A stretch of DNA of 64,000 nt from Takakia lepidozioides (lineage: Eukaryota > Plantae > Bryophyta). Below, piece by piece: positions 35,900 to 49,719 of the stretch. A model generated the notes under the pieces. That model had not been told where the DNA came from and did no database searches. It saw only the letters and a list, made by a program, of their open reading frames with translations. The first letter of the stretch is position 1; every line of letters begins with the position of its first letter. The translations under genes were made by a program, and so were the position numbers. The DNA lies in the NCBI GenBank assembly GCA_030704615.1, contig CM060732.1, forward strand, positions 15,190,001 to 15,254,000. Direction: 5' to 3'.

Positions 35900-38800
35900 T
35901 GTTTCAATATGCAAATCGTGCTGCAATGGTTTGTCATGGATACCACTGTACCCCTTCAACTTATTGGCATTGACTCTTCCCAGCATCTCTTTGTTAATGG
36001 TTTGTAACATGGTGGTGTTGTTATCATACATCTTCTGTATGACATAAGGTCCTTTCCATGGTGATTTAAGCTTAGAAGCTTTAATCTTCCTCTTCTTCTG
36101 CAACCATAAAACCAAATCTCCCGTATTAAAAGTCTTTAATTTGCCTTCATCAAACAATTCCTTCCTCTTCATCTGAATTTTGGTCATGTTATCAGCTGCA
36201 TCAGCACGTACTTCTTCCACATGGTATAATTCATGTTTCCTGACCTTAATTGAATCTTCCAATTCCATTCTCTTTCCCTATTCAGTTCTCATGGTAGGTA
36301 ACAAGAATTCCACTGGAAGTAAAGCTTCCATACCATAAACTAATTGGAATGGTGTATACTTAGTGGTGACTTTATATGAAGTCTTGTATGACCACAAAGC
36401 TGTCAGCAGCTTGTATCCCAATCCGTTCTGTTTGCATTGACTATCTTAGCCAAGATAGTACATAGTATTTTGTTGGTAGCCTCTGCCTGCCCATTACCCT
36501 GTGGGTAATATGTTGTACTCTTCCTATGCACAATCATGAACTCTTTAGTCAATAGTTCAATGGTCTCATTAATGAAGTGACTTCCCTGGTCACTGATAAA
36601 TTCCAGGACAGCCAAATCGTGTAAGTATGTTCTCATACAGGAACCTTGTTGTGGACTTGGCTGTGTTGTCCCTCAGAGCTTTAGCTTCCACCCACTTCGT
36701 AGTATAATCAGTGGCTGTATTATGTACTTTTTCTGTTTATTCTTGCTGGTGGGTTATTGGTTCAACAAAGTCTAGTCCCCATTTCTGAAATGGTTCAGTA
36801 GGCATCGTAGGATGCAAAAACCATCTTCCCAGATCTTTGCAAAGGACCTAGCCTCTGACATTCATCACAACTCTGACAATACTTGTGTACATCTTTGAAC
36901 AAAGTAGGCCACCAGTACCTGCAAGTAGTATCTTCCTACTGGTAGTCTCTTCTCCAAAATGACCTCCAGCCACTCCTTTATGAACTTCCTCCAAAACTTT
37001 ATTTACTTCATGGTGGTACAAACATCTTTTAAGTACTCCATCAGGTCCTAGCTTATACATTCTGCCCCCTACCATAGTATAAGGTAAAGCCTTGATAGCG
37101 ATTATTTCCTCTGCTCCTTACCATAACTAGGTGGGCACTGACCATGAGTAAGGTAGTATCTGATTGGCCACTGCCAATCTACCGTTTCATCTGCACTTCC
37201 CTGCACCTCCATTGCAAATAAACTCGCATCAGGTAATTGGTCGTCTACTCCTGTGGCGGGCTCTCCTGTTGTTAGGCATGACAAATGATCTGCCACAAGA
37301 TGCAAATGGCCAGGCTTGTAAACAACTTCAAACTCAAACTCGTGCAAGATTATTAACCACTTTGCTATCCTTCCACTTATCAAAGGTTTGTTCACCAGAT
37401 ATATCAGAGCCTGGTGATCCACACATAAAACATAAACTTTCTTCCCAATAGTAATGCCTGAATTTCTTGACTACATAAATCATTGCCAGTGCTTCTCTTT
37501 CAGTTGTGCTATAGTTCCTTTCAGCACTGTTCATCAACCTGCTAGCATAGTACACAGGTGAATCTATATTTCCTGTAACTTTTGGGCTAACACCGCTCCC
37601 AACGCTTCCCCTGAGGCATCACAGTGAACATGAAATACTACATGCCAGTGAGGGTTAATCAGCACAGGTGTAGTTTTGTTACTGACAATGTAAGTTCCTC
37701 AAAGCCTTTGACATTCAGCTGTCCATGCAAAACACTGCATCTTTCTTCAGAAGCTTGCTCAATGGTGCTACTATCTGTGCATACCGTTTGACAAATCTTC
37801 TGTAATAACTGGTTTGTCCAAGGAATCTCCTTAGACTCTTACATTTACTGGTGGTGGAGAGGCTTTAATGGCCTCTGTCTTCCTGGGATCCACAGAAGTC
37901 CCCTCTTACACCAATGTGTCCAAAAGCACCCCTGAGTTCACACAGAAAGTACACTTCTCTGGATTCAGGCCCAGACCTCTCATCCTGCATCTGTCCAACA
38001 TAACTGCAATTTATACAAGTGCTCATTCTTAGAGCTGTACACACTGAAATCATCCAAGAACACCTGCATGAAACATCCACATACTCATGAAAGATTCATT
38101 TATCACTCTCTGAAAGGTTGCTGGTGCATTACAAAGTCCAAAAGGCATGACTTTGTATGCATAAGCACCCCAGTCTGTGATGAAAGCTGTCTTTCCCTGG
38201 TCTTCTTCTGCCACTTGCACTTGTTATAAACCCTAAAGCCATCCATGAATGAGTACATCTCATGGCCTGCCACAGTGTCCAATACCGCTTCTGTGAATGG
38301 CAAGGGGAAAGGATTCTTTTGTGCAAGCATTCAACTTCTTATAGTTCACACAAACTCTCAGTTTACCATTTCTTCTTGGAAACTATCACAATGGGTGACA
38401 ACCAAGTTGTATATACTCTATCGGGTATATAAACTTAGCCTCAGCCACTTCTTGATCTCTTCTCCAACCTTCTGTGCATAGTTGGGATTCATTCTGTACC
38501 TTGCCTGTTGATTGGTACTGACACTGGTTTCCAGTTCAATCTTATGCTGACAGATCTCAGGTGGTATCCCTTTTAGATCCTCGTAGCTCCAAGCAAATTC
38601 ATCTCTGTATTTGATGAACAACTCTTAGCTTCCTCAAAGAATTCTGGCTCCAAATCAGCCCCTACCTTCACCATCCTGGGTTCCTCTTCAGTTCCCACAT
38701 TCACTTCTCTCACCTGCTCATCAGCTGTGATTGTCCAACCAGTCACCACTTCATCCCGTAAACTCACAGTGGCTGGTTCCTCTAGGATTTCCATTTCTCC

Positions 38801-39400
38801 CTCTCTTCCTTCATAGAAATGTGGTGGGTAATTGCTTGTTTCACCTTCAATTGGTGTTGCTGTCACTACACCATAGCAAATACCTTTTAAACAACTTAGG
38901 CCTTCCAGCTGCATCTCTGCAACCTGCTCCCACTCTGGGTGTGCAGCAAACATGGTAGCTTCCTGCTCCTCATCAAGTCCTCCCCTCCAGTCATACTCCC
39001 TGACCCCTTGATGTCTTCTCGTATAGGTAATCTACTAGATTTCTTAGTGGTAATTTGTATCTTGTGCATCCCATCGTGCACAGTTAGTAACTGGGAATTC
39101 CAGTCATGGAATACCCTGGCCTGTTTCAGCCACGGACGTCCCAACAATAAGGAGTAAGCTTCCATGACTTCATCCATTTTCAACACAGTTACTGTGATCA
39201 TAAATATCATCTTTTGAATCTGTATCTTAACTCCTCTTATCAATCCCAATGCCTGTACACTTCTTTGATCTGCCATTGTTACTGTAAATGGGGCTGGTTT
39301 CATGTTACTTAGACCAAGTTTCTGCCTTAATTGGTCTATCATGATATTCACTCCAGAGCCTCCATCTATCAGTACATCAGTTGTTCTGTGCTTCCAATTC
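35900..39400 (-). pseudogene. pol: G1 pol (PR, RT, RH, IN), many frameshifts
   Basis: VLIDGGSGVNIM; LLLGRPWL; SFMDGF; FLDDF; EREALAM; GGHFG; SDQGSHF; WKGPY. Confidence 0.92.
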
Positions 39401-41985
39401 TCAATTGGATTACTGGCATAGAATCATCAAAGTCCATGACTGTTTCTTCGCCCTTCGCCGCTTCCGGCTTCACATTATAACTGGTCACCTTGCTGTCTAC
39501 AATAAGGTGCCACAGCCAATAGCTGTCCAATGGTAATCTCCGCTTTGGACTGGCATATTACTTCAACTTCAAAATTCCGTTCATTACTCTGCATGTCTGC
39601 AGCTTCTTTCTTCCCTTCATCCTCACTCACTTCATCTTCTCTTTCAGAATCAGAGGAATCTGCCATAGGAATATCAGTACTCTTCTGCATTTCCCTTATG
39701 GTATCTGCCACTTCCTTGTGCAGTTCTTCTTCTCATCTCTCCAAGCCTCATCACTTCAAGCACATCACTGCCATCTTCATTATCATCATCTTCCTCATCT
39801 ACTGGAGGTATCAGTTTGGCTTTGCTTCTCGTTACTATCATTGTACTTACTCTGGTACAACACATGACTTACTTCTGGTACAACACATGGCCTAACCATG
39901 TGAGCTGCCACCACTGGCCCCTCATTCACAGGAGCTCTCTCTCATTCTGGTGTCTGATCCAGAATGTACCAGGCTGCCTTGCAATGGCCTGCCTGATTAC
40001 AATAGTAACACAGTTCTTCCCCATTAGGTCTTCGCCCTTGGTCTGTTCTGGAATTGTTTCTGTAATCCTGATTCCCTGGCTGGTAATTCCCCCTTGGATT
40101 ACCCTGATAGTTGCCTCTGGAATTTCCTTGGTAATTCCCTCTTGATTACCTCTCCCTTCCATGCCATTGTTATAAACCACCAAGCCTACCATAGTGGTCC
40201 TGATCACTGTTTCTTCTTCTTGGCTGGGGCTGCACTTGATGCTCCCTTACTTGTCCTATGTTCTCTAGCTGCTGTCCTTCTTGTTGTAGTACCATTCTCA
40301 GGTAGAAATGGTTATCCATTTTACAGATAGTACACAGTGTTTTCTCCTTCATGTGGCATGCAGTGGTGGTATGGGCCTTCATTCTGGCACTTTGCACTCC
40401 AACACCCTTCCTCCAATGTGTTGCCAAAGCCTCTGTTGCATACGTCTTCAAGATTTCTTATAATCTTTTCTCATAGTTATCTTCATCACTCTCCTACTTC
40501 CTCAGCTTCCTCTTCCTTACAACTTCTCCGTCCTCTTCACTCTCCGCTTTCTCCGCTCTGCTCGCTCTTCCTCTTTCCTCACTACTGTCACTCTCCCCAC
40601 GAGTCCCTCACACATCATCCCTATTCTTCTCTCCTGCCAGCACTCCTCCCAATTGCTCAATTCCTGTTCCCTATTTCTCTCACTTCCACAATGCCTCTCC
40701 TCCACTGTATTATGGGGTAACATATCCCTTTCTTTTTGCAACTCTGGTCTTAGTCCCCTCACAAACCAAGTCTTCTGTAAACCTGGTGCTGGTACAGCAG
40801 CAGCTTTTTCATCATCAATTCCATCTTTTTTTTCCATATACTCCTCAACCGTTTCATGCTTCTTTTGCTTTAACTGTTGTAAACTTCCATACACTTCATC
40901 CTTAGTTTTACTTGTCCTGAACCTATTTCGGAATGTTGTATTCAAGCCATTCCAGGTTAGGTTGGGAAATGATTATCAAGGAATCTGGCAGATACCATTC
41001 ACTTGCTTCTTGATAAGTGAAACAAGGACAGTCTCATCTTGGCATCATTCGCCATTCTCATTGTTTCACATACCCATTGCTCAATTGGCTAATGTGGTAC
41101 ATCAGGATCCCTTTTCCTGAATCTTGGAAAAGGTGGTTTTGGCCCGTGTTTGGTTGTAACGCCATCTGTGGCCCTACCTTCTGCCCAGTGACCATGCTGG
41201 CCCCCTTGCTGGTGCTGGTCCTTGAGGACCTATTGTAGTTGTGGTGGAACTTCCACCAGTGGTGGCCCCGGCACTCCCTGCTACTGGCCCCACTATATTC
41301 ACAGTATTCCCACTCGAGTTGCACTACTTGCCACACTCCCTGTCCCCCAGAGCCAATCCAGGCTGCTCGCTTGATCCCCCCCTGAGCCGACACCTTCGTT
41401 GGCCTTGATCCAAGTGCTCCACTTGATCCAGGTCCAACGGGTTGGGATTCCTGGTTGTAGTCTCAACCTCAGCTGTTGGGTCTAACTTCTTAATACTCTT
41501 CCTCTTCCAATTTCTTCTCTCTGTTTTCATCCTCCAAGTTCTGCCCTTGGGTTCTTCTTCACTCATGTAACTCAACTGCAATGGTGTTGAGAAGTCTGAA
41601 CTTTCCATTGGCTCTGCCACATCCTCTTCCTCCTTCTTCATCTTCCCTCAGAAACTGGAGTTTCCCCTGCTTTTGATGTTCCATGCCAACTCTTATCAAA
41701 GATTTCTGTCAAATCTTTTAATCCATGGATGTACCTCAGATCTTTCACCTCGTGGTTGATCTTCTTCCAGTACCAATTCCCTTAATCTTTCTTGCAAAGA
41801 AAAGGAGTGGCATCCAACTCTAGTTCTTCCGGTATGGGTGATGTACTCTCTGATCTTAATGGTGTGAGAGGTCCAGATGATTCCCTATGTCTATTCCTCT
41901 CTCCCAAGATATGGATATTAACTTTCAGATACTTTTCTCTTTTTGCTGATATCTCTGGAGTCTAGCTTCTCTTTCATCACTCATG
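39400..41985 (-). pseudogene. gag: G1 gag, many frameshifts
   Basis: FRNRF..LQQLKQKKHETVEEY..WFVRGLRPEL, plus zinc-knuckle remnants (CTICKMDNH; CYYCNQAGHCKAAW). Confidence 0.8.
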
Positions 41986-42573
41986 TCCCATGGCTTTCAT
42001 TTCTTTAATGTGGCAATCACCATACTCTCTTCTGTAGTATCTCTCGTATATGTCTGGGTTTCTTTCAAGCTTCAATGCACCTTGGCATACTAGAAGTCTC
42101 CGCTACCATATAACCATATGCAAACAAGTTTGGAAAGCTGTTTTGTTTTTGTGTGTGTGAGTTTGATCCACAGAATATCCTTTGGAATCCAATTCTTTAC
42201 CAGTACAAGCTCTTCATGCATATGAGTATAAACATTCACCTTCCTTTCCTCCCAGCCTTCAAACTCTACTCGCTTAATGGATAGCAATGCTATCACATAA
42301 ACCAGTGTTGGTAACCAACTGCTCTTCCTCTACAGGCCACCTGATAAATCTTAATCACCCCTTTCTCCAGACCCCACTCAGGGTCATCATCATGCACTCT
42401 CTTAAGAATGTTTTCTTTACAACCGTCTGGCAATTCCAAGAACCTCTGAAAAAATTGTTTGGACAATCTTTCCTTCTCAGTTTCACAGAATTTTGATTCA
42501 CATCAAATTCTTTAATTCTCCAACACCATGATCCCACCAGATGCCTGTCACATCTGGCTGTTCATGACCCAGA

Positions 42574-42593
42574 TCCCCAGTATGGTCGCCAAA
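42574..42593 (-). promoter_or_regulatory. Primer binding site, resembling the tRNA-Asp type
   Basis: TTTGGCGACCATACTGGGGA immediately after the LTR-terminal CA. It is an imperfect match to TGGCGCCGTTGCCGGGGA. Confidence 0.7.
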
Positions 42594-43505
42594 TGTCGAA
42601 CGGCTTTTGCTCACCCATCCCTTCGCTATCCGAGGTGGAAACTCCAAGATAGAAGAGTTGGATATCTCTAAGCACTCAGCCCGCTCAGTACTATTAGTCA
42701 TGACCTGCAGCTAGTGAATCATGGTTGTGCTTCCCATTTGTATTCTTTCTTGCCTTCATGTTATCAATTTACCTTATCTGATACTGAAGCATCATATTGC
42801 TTTAGTATCTACTTAGTTCCAGTTAATCATGCATTCATTTCACAACTTCACTCATGTCTCTCTACACAGTGTGATTGTATCGAATAAGTATCAGATTATG
42901 ATTTATCATGTATCAGGCCAATGCCATGGTGACTCTAATCCGCCCTACAGTATCACTACAACTCTGCATGTAATAAGCATCTACTGTTCATCTTCTTCCT
43001 TCTCTGTGCTCTCGTTCTTGCTCTCCGCCTGATCTTCTCTTCCCATTACCCAGAAGTGCTCCACGTGAAAGTGTCCTCCTCTTTCCGTTGCCGCTCTGCT
43101 TATCCGCCTGCAAGCTGTTCTAACCACCTAACTAACTAACCGTCATCCCTGAAGTAACACGTTCCCTCTGCAGATGTCGTTCCCTGTCAATGATAACTAT
43201 TCCCCATGTACTGTGACAAGCTGTGTCAAGCTGTGCCGAGCTGTGACTGGCTGTGTCGGGCTATGTCGGGCTGTGCGAAGCTGTGGCGGGCTATGACTGG
43301 CTGTGTAAAGCTGTGTCGGGCTGTGTCGGGCTGTGCAAAGTTGTGGTGGCTGTGACTGGCTGTGTAAAGCTGTGTCGGGCTGTATAACCCCCCTAAAGCC
43401 TGCTGCTGCCACCCCTAAGGCTCCTGTTGGTCTCAGTCTGCGCAAAAAATAAGGGTACCCCACAGAACCCGTAAAAGCGTCTAAGTCCCAAGCAGCCCTC
43501 TAACA
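42594..43505 (-). repeat. G1 5' LTR, containing degenerate CACAG/CTGTG repeats
   Basis: TGTTAGAGGG...GTTCGACA, followed by the PBS. Confidence 0.92.
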
Positions 43506-43707
43506 TTCCAACACACAAAAATACATGCACGTGGAAACACAAGTGAATGACATAGTATTATCTTAGTTCGAGCAAAACAGGTTACTGGTAGGCAAGACAT
43601 AAGTCGGACTTTTCTGTGGCCAGAGTCAAAGGTACTTGCAGCAGTACAGTTCTACTATCCGAAAAGGATGGGCGTACCATTTTTGTGGGGACCGCAAGCC
43701 AAGCTCA

Positions 43708-46700
43708 CTAGTCCCCTGGATCCATATTCAGAAGAGTGTGCACCTCTTGGGGGCTCACCCCTGGTGCATGTATGAAATGATAAGTTGTGGAATTACACCG
43801 GAGTCTCTTTAGGTACACGTAGTACATATGCTTGCAAGGGCAGTATGATGCCCCCTTGTTCGCCATGATCTGGAAGTCGTGCAATTGCAGGTGGTAATTC
43901 TGAAATGGTGATGGTGTACACCTCATTGCGAACAGCTGAGCCTGCCGTGGCCATCTGATACACACGCTCGAAACCTGGTGGGGGCACTTTTGTCGAGCTC
44001 TAGATTGTACAGTTCATCCCGAAGTGCATTCCCCATCCTTGTCCTCGGTCACTTTTGAGGGAGGTCGCCGCCTCTTCGGTTTCCCCCAACGGTGTGTAGG
44101 ATGCTTAGAGCTGTCGGGTCCCATTGTTCTTGCGCTCACATGGGTCGGTGGTGAGGCTGTGGAAGCGGAAATGGTTGTCTGGGGACGTCAGTGCGCTGCA
44201 CCATCCGAAATCTAGCGGCGGTAAGGGCGTCGGCCTCAACCTGGCTCAGATTGCAGCCTGTTTCCACCGGCCACACCGGGGGAGCCTATGCCATTGTTTG
44301 TATGCCGTACTTGGGCTTTCCATACATGCAAGTCATAATGTCGTGCCTGCAAAACCAGAACTGGGTGGTTGTCGCCTCCGCAAACTTTGCATAGACAAAT
44401 CTTCCTGTAAAAAAGGAGCAGGACAGCCCATCTGGATTCCTCCTTATCATCTCTAAACAACGTTGCCGTGTATCCACTAGAATTGCGGAATACCTCCCTC
44501 AAAACGACGGCTTTGTGCGACGCAATTCTCCACTGTGACGCAGACACAGTCGTCTCCACAATGGTTTGGCCATACTGCATAACAGCGGGCGGAATCTGGG
44601 CAAGCGAGCGGTGGGAATTTCTCGCACGGAATCCCCACTTGAAGACGATGGCGATCTGGAATTTCTTGGGCTTCCACTGCTGGAAGACACATTGTGCGGC
44701 AACATGACGAGACCTCGAGGTGTTGTCCATGTTCCTGTCGGATCTCCAGGAATCCTCTTCACACCCGGGTTCCTCTTCAATCCTCCGCCTCACAGGGCGA
44801 GTACGGACGTCCCTCTCTAGGTGTTCACCTCTGCGGTGCATAGGCGTCCCTTTGATCTTCTCTCGCAATTTGTCGCCCATTTCAGTGGATTCTTCGACCT
44901 CGAAGCTGTTCGTACCAACAATTCCTCCCTGTCCGGCCCAAAGCCCATTGTTTCCCGCTCAGGAACTTGTAGTACGTGGCTTGCTGCATGATTGCTTTGT
45001 CGATGTCCTCCGTTGTGGCCGTCACTACGTCCACCAGATGTGCGGCAGAAGACACTCGCCAGGGGGAGTGGACTGATTCTATGTCCGTGTCGGAATCCAA
45101 GCACCGCTCCTACAAGGACACAAACAATGGTGAGGGACCAATGGAAAGGTCCGTAATAGAAAGACAATTGCACAAAAATGACACATCATACCTCCCGCAT
45201 GTACTGTCCAAACTGTCGATACCGGAAATGGCACCACCCCAACGTGCTGTGCAAGGCTCCCAGATTGGTTGTCTCCACTGCACCTGACGTGTTCCACCAA
45301 GCCTCGATGATAGCAAACTTAACCTCAACAGGTCACACATCTCCTCTTCGTTCAAGGGCACTCGGTCTGAACCATCTTCAGACATGATTTTGCCAAGAGC
45401 AATCTTGTGGGCTGCCTTCAACTGAATTTGCTTTGGTCTGGCTTCGGGGCTCAATTTCACTCGTGTGCTTCCTGCACAGCCTCACGCATGTTGCCTCTCG
45501 CCAAGGGGTGGCAGTGGACCCCAACGTGTATGCAAGCTCTAGTCAAGTCCGGGAGCAAATGGATTACGTACTATTGCTTGGCTCTGCACATGGATATGCA
45601 CGTCGGTGGTTCTTTGCAATGTGCGCACTTGAAAGTACCCGCAGGAGCTTGGCTGGAGACAATGAATGGATGATGGGTTGTGCCAGTCCAATCCGTCTCG
45701 TTTCTCTTCTCTCCTCTCTCTTCCGCCCTCCTTTGGAGAGAAAGTGGAAGCAGGCGGGATTGAGGCACCACAGCTTCCCCGCACAGAGGACGTATCGTAC
45801 ACGAACACCATCAGCAATTTTCGTGTTGCTGGTCTTCGTCACACACCAGGGGTGTCCGTCATGCTTTCGATCCATGTCTGTTAACATCCCTGAGGCTTTG
45901 TTTGACAAAGTAACAGGTGGACACTCGAAGATGACATTGCCGTCGACTTCGGGAGGCAGATACGTTACCTTCCTGACGGGAAATTTGGCTTAGTCAAGAG
46001 CAGCCAGCTCGGAGCGAGAACCATCGAGGTGATGTTGCCGTAGGAGCTGCACAATGACCGGGTTGGAGTTATGCTCGAGGGTACATGCGTATCACCTGCA
46101 GAGACGTCCATGTCAGATTTGAATGACCGTGTGGAGGACATGGGGACCTCAATGCAGTCATCTGCCTCGTCGGAAATGTCAAATACGTCCACACGAGAAG
46201 CTATGGAGGGTCTTGACGGTCCAGGTTGGGAATGATTATCGTTGCATACCTCTCTATTGGCAGTGGCCGCCTGCCGGTTTCCCGACTCCTTTGTGGATGG
46301 TGTCGGCAGCGACTGATTCGGAAAGGGAATGGGCATTCCCACAGCTCAGTACAGGATGGTGTCTGATGGGGGTACGTGCCATTCGATTCCGCAACGTCCG
46401 TCGTTACCTAGCACGACAATGGTCTCGTCAACCTGTCAGGAACATCCTTCCTTTCTTCTTCCAAATAAACTGTGCCCGGTTTGTGCCCGGTTTCAGTCAC
46501 TCTGCAAAGTCCTCCCTCGTTTTGGATCCAGGCTCTCCCAAGTTGCCGAGGACAGCAAACTATAGCGTAGGAATTCGGAGCCATCGAAGACCGCACGAAG
46601 TTGGCAAGTGCGAGGTTCAGTATAGCGACAGACCAAGGCTCACAGGCACCATCTAAGTGGATCTGCGGAGTCCATTGACGATTGGAAGTCGCACATTGAA

Positions 46701-46800
46701 GTGGAAAGTATTGTTTCAAGCTACTTGCATGAAGGTGGGAGGTGTGATTCCATATCCAGTAAGTATGACAATGATGGCCGATTCGGCGACGAAATAACAT
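43708..46800 (-). pseudogene. Family C transposase: GCM-like domain, catalytic E region, Cys module and SWIM; DD/CxxH segment deleted at ~45315
   Basis: GHPWCVTKTSN..VLCAGKLWCLNPAC..FKCAHCKEPPTC..C..RACIHVGVHCHP; ESVHSPW; FWFCRHDIMTC; PCKHMYYVY. Colinear with 5380-8025. Confidence 0.87.
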
Positions 46801-46978
46801 CTCCTGACAGTTTCTCCTGAGGGTGGATCCAACAGTATTCTCGGTGCAGACATGAACGTTCGCACTGACAAGTGCTAGGACTATTAGTTAAAACGGTTAG
46901 ACAACCAAGTTGTGCTCATTAAGACAGGCCGCAATTGTGTTGTTTCGGAACAATGCAACCCATTGAGGTTCCATATGC

Positions 46979-49412
46979 GGAAATGAGGTTCCGCATTGCC
47001 GTCCGGAGTTATGCTTTCGATTGTTGTTAAACAGAAATACGGCGCCGCATTTTCGTTTTACATCCTACTCATGCACCAGTGCGACGGAAATGCGGCACCC
47101 AGTTTCCGTCCGGGGGAAACCTTTCTACTTTCCAGAACGGAAATGCGGTGCCGCAATTCCATCCAACAAGTACGATATGTGGCAGTGGAACGGAAATGCG
47201 GTACCCCTTTTCCGTTCTGATTGAAAATCATGAACCACAGGAATTGAAATGCGGCGACGCATTTCCGCTTTGTATCTGAGGCATGGAGCTGAGGAACGGA
47301 AATGCGGCACAGCATTTCCGTCCGAGTCGCACCTTCCGACATTCCAGAATGGAAATGCGGCGCCGCATTTCGGTTTTGTATGTGAGGCATGGGGCTGTGG
47401 GACGGAAATGCGGCACCGTATTTCCATCCGGGTGAGACCTTCATACTCTCCAAAACGGAAATGCGTTACCGCATTTCCGTTCTGACTGAAAATCGTGAAC
47501 CATCGGAACTGAAATGCGGCACTGCATTTCCGTCCGTGTCACACCTTCCGACATTCCAGAACGGAAATGCGGCGCCGCATTTCCGTTTTGTATCTGAGGC
47601 ATGGAGCTGAGGGACGGAAATGCGGCACCGCATTTCCCTCCGGTTGAGACCTTCATACTCTCCAGAACGGAAATGCGGTACCGCATTTCCGTTCTGACTG
47701 AAAATCGTGAACCATCGGAACTGAAATGCGGCACCGCATTTCCGTCCGAGTCGCACCTTCCGACATTCTAGAACGGAAATACGGCGCCGCATTTCCGTTT
47801 TGTATCTGAGGCATGGAGCTGAGGGACGGAAATGCGGCACCGCATTTCCGTTCTGACTCAAAATCGTGAACCATCGGAACAAAAATGCGGCACCGCATTT
47901 CCGTCTGAGTCGCACCTTCCGACATTCCAGAACGGAAATGCGGCGCCCCATTTCCCTTTTGTATCGGAGGCATGGAGCTGAGGGACGGAAATGCGGCACC
48001 GCATTGCCGTCCGGTTGAGACCTTTATACTCTCCAGAACGGAAACGCGGTACCGCATTTCTGTTCTGACTGAAAATCGTGAACCATCGGAACTGAAATGC
48101 GGCACCGCATTTCCGTCCGAGTCGCACCTTCCGACATTCCAGAACGGAAATGCGGCGCCGCATTTCCGCTTTGTATCTGAGGCTTGGAGCTGAGGGACGG
48201 AAATGCGACACCGCATTTCCGTCCGGTTGAGACCTTCATACTATCCAGAACGGAAATAAAATCGTGAACCATCGGAACTGAAATGCGGCACCGCATTTCC
48301 GTCCGAGTCGCACCTTCCGACATTCTAGAACAGAAATGCGGCGCCGCATTTCCGTTTTGTATCTGAGGCATGGAGCTGAGGGACGGAAATGCGTCACCGC
48401 ATTTCCATCCGGTTGAGACCTTCATACTCTCTAGAACGGAAATGCAGTACCGCATTTCCGTTCTGATTGAAAATCGTGAACCATCGGAACTGAAATGCGG
48501 CGCCGCATTTCCGTTTTGTATGAGAGGCATGGGGCTGTGGGACGGAAATGCGGCACTGTATTTCCATCCGGGTGAGACCTTCATACTCTCCAAAACGGAA
48601 ATGCGGTAACGCATTTCCGTTCTGACTGAAAATCGTGAACCATCGGAACTGAAATGCGGCACCGCATTTCCGTCCGAGTCGCACCTTCCGACATTCCAGA
48701 AAGGAATTACGGCGCCGCATTTCCGTTTTATATCTGAGGCATGGAGCTGAGGGACGGAAATGCGGCACCGCATTTTCGTCTGGTTGAGACCTTCATACTC
48801 TGCTGAACAGAAATGCGGTACCGCATTTCCGTTCTGACTGAAACTCGTGAACCATCGGAATTGAAATGCGGCACCGCATTTCCGTCTGAGTCGCACCTTC
48901 TGACATTCCAGAACGGAAATGCGGCGCTGCATTTCCGTTTTTTATCTTAGGCATGGAGCTGAGGGACGGAAATGCGTCACCGCATTTCCGTCCGATTGAG
49001 ACCTTCGTACTCTCCAGAACGGAAATGCGGTACCGCATTTCCGTTCCGACTGAAAATCGTGAACCATCGGAACTAAAATGTGGCACCGCATTTCTGTCCG
49101 AGTCGCACCTTCCGACATTCCAGAACGGAAATGCGGCGCCGCATTTCCCTTTTGTATCTCAGGCATGGAGCTGTGGGAGGGAAATGCGGTGCCGCATTTC
49201 CATCCGTGTGAGACCTTTATACTCTCCAGACCGGAAATGCGGCACGGCATTTCCGTTCAACAACTAAGGTTTGTGAAGGTGGAACGGAAATGCGGTGCTA
49301 CATTTTCGTCCAACAAGTACGGTATGTGTAGCTTCGGGATGGTACTTAATGGAAATGCGGCGCCGCATTTGCATTTTCACTCTAACTCATCAGACGTTGG
49401 GACGGAAATGCC
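46979..49412. repeat. Palindrome array of family C: ~46 x GGAAATGCGG-NN-CCGCATTTCC at 53-bp period, 212-bp four-spacer higher-order unit
   Basis: Starts at 47033, 47086, 47139, 47192, 47245 ... 47457, 47510, 47563, 47616, 47669 (53 bp at every interval counted). Four 31-bp spacer types cycle, and the edge spacers are unique. Confidence 0.97.
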
Positions 49413-49719
49413 ATAATATGTGATCACGTGGACCAACGAAATTGGGGCACATGTCTGCACTCTATCTGACTGAAGTGGCAGGAGGCGGCACAGCCTGACC
49501 GTTGGATAATGATGTTGTTTTTCGGACGGCAGGCGTACCCTTGACGATTCGAATTTCGTAATGACGCATAGTCCACGAGGAGACACTTTCGTCCAAGCCT
49601 TTCGAACCCAAGTGGTGCATCACCGCCGTTTCATCTTCTTTTGTCGTGTCTACTCAGTCACCCCTCTCGCGCCCTTTCTATCTGCACTCTTCGCCCTTTT
49701 CCCTGTCTCTGTTCTTCTT

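Larger units (their letters stand above)
31959..43505 (-). mobile_element. Structurally complete Ty3/gypsy family G1 element (11.5 kb), non-chromovirus type
   Basis: LTRs at 42594-43505 and 31959-32824, PBS 42574-42593, PPT 32825-32847, and gag-PR-RT-RH-IN plus 5' and 3' extra ORFs. No clean TSD. Confidence 0.93.

Noticed and set aside
31954-43510. Target-site duplication for the complete G1 element
   Set aside because: The flanks ACCCT and TTCCA do not match, although host sequence is continuous across the insertion.
46979-49412. CRISPR array (22-bp palindromic repeat + 31-bp spacers)
   Set aside because: Spacers recur cyclically as four types, there are no cas genes, the context is eukaryotic transposon DNA, and the motif also occurs singly in introns.
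46996-49416. Many overlapping ORFs up to 302 aa, and similar ORFs in 58-1518 and 4245-5371
   Set aside because: These are translations of stop-poor tandem palindromes, open on both strands.
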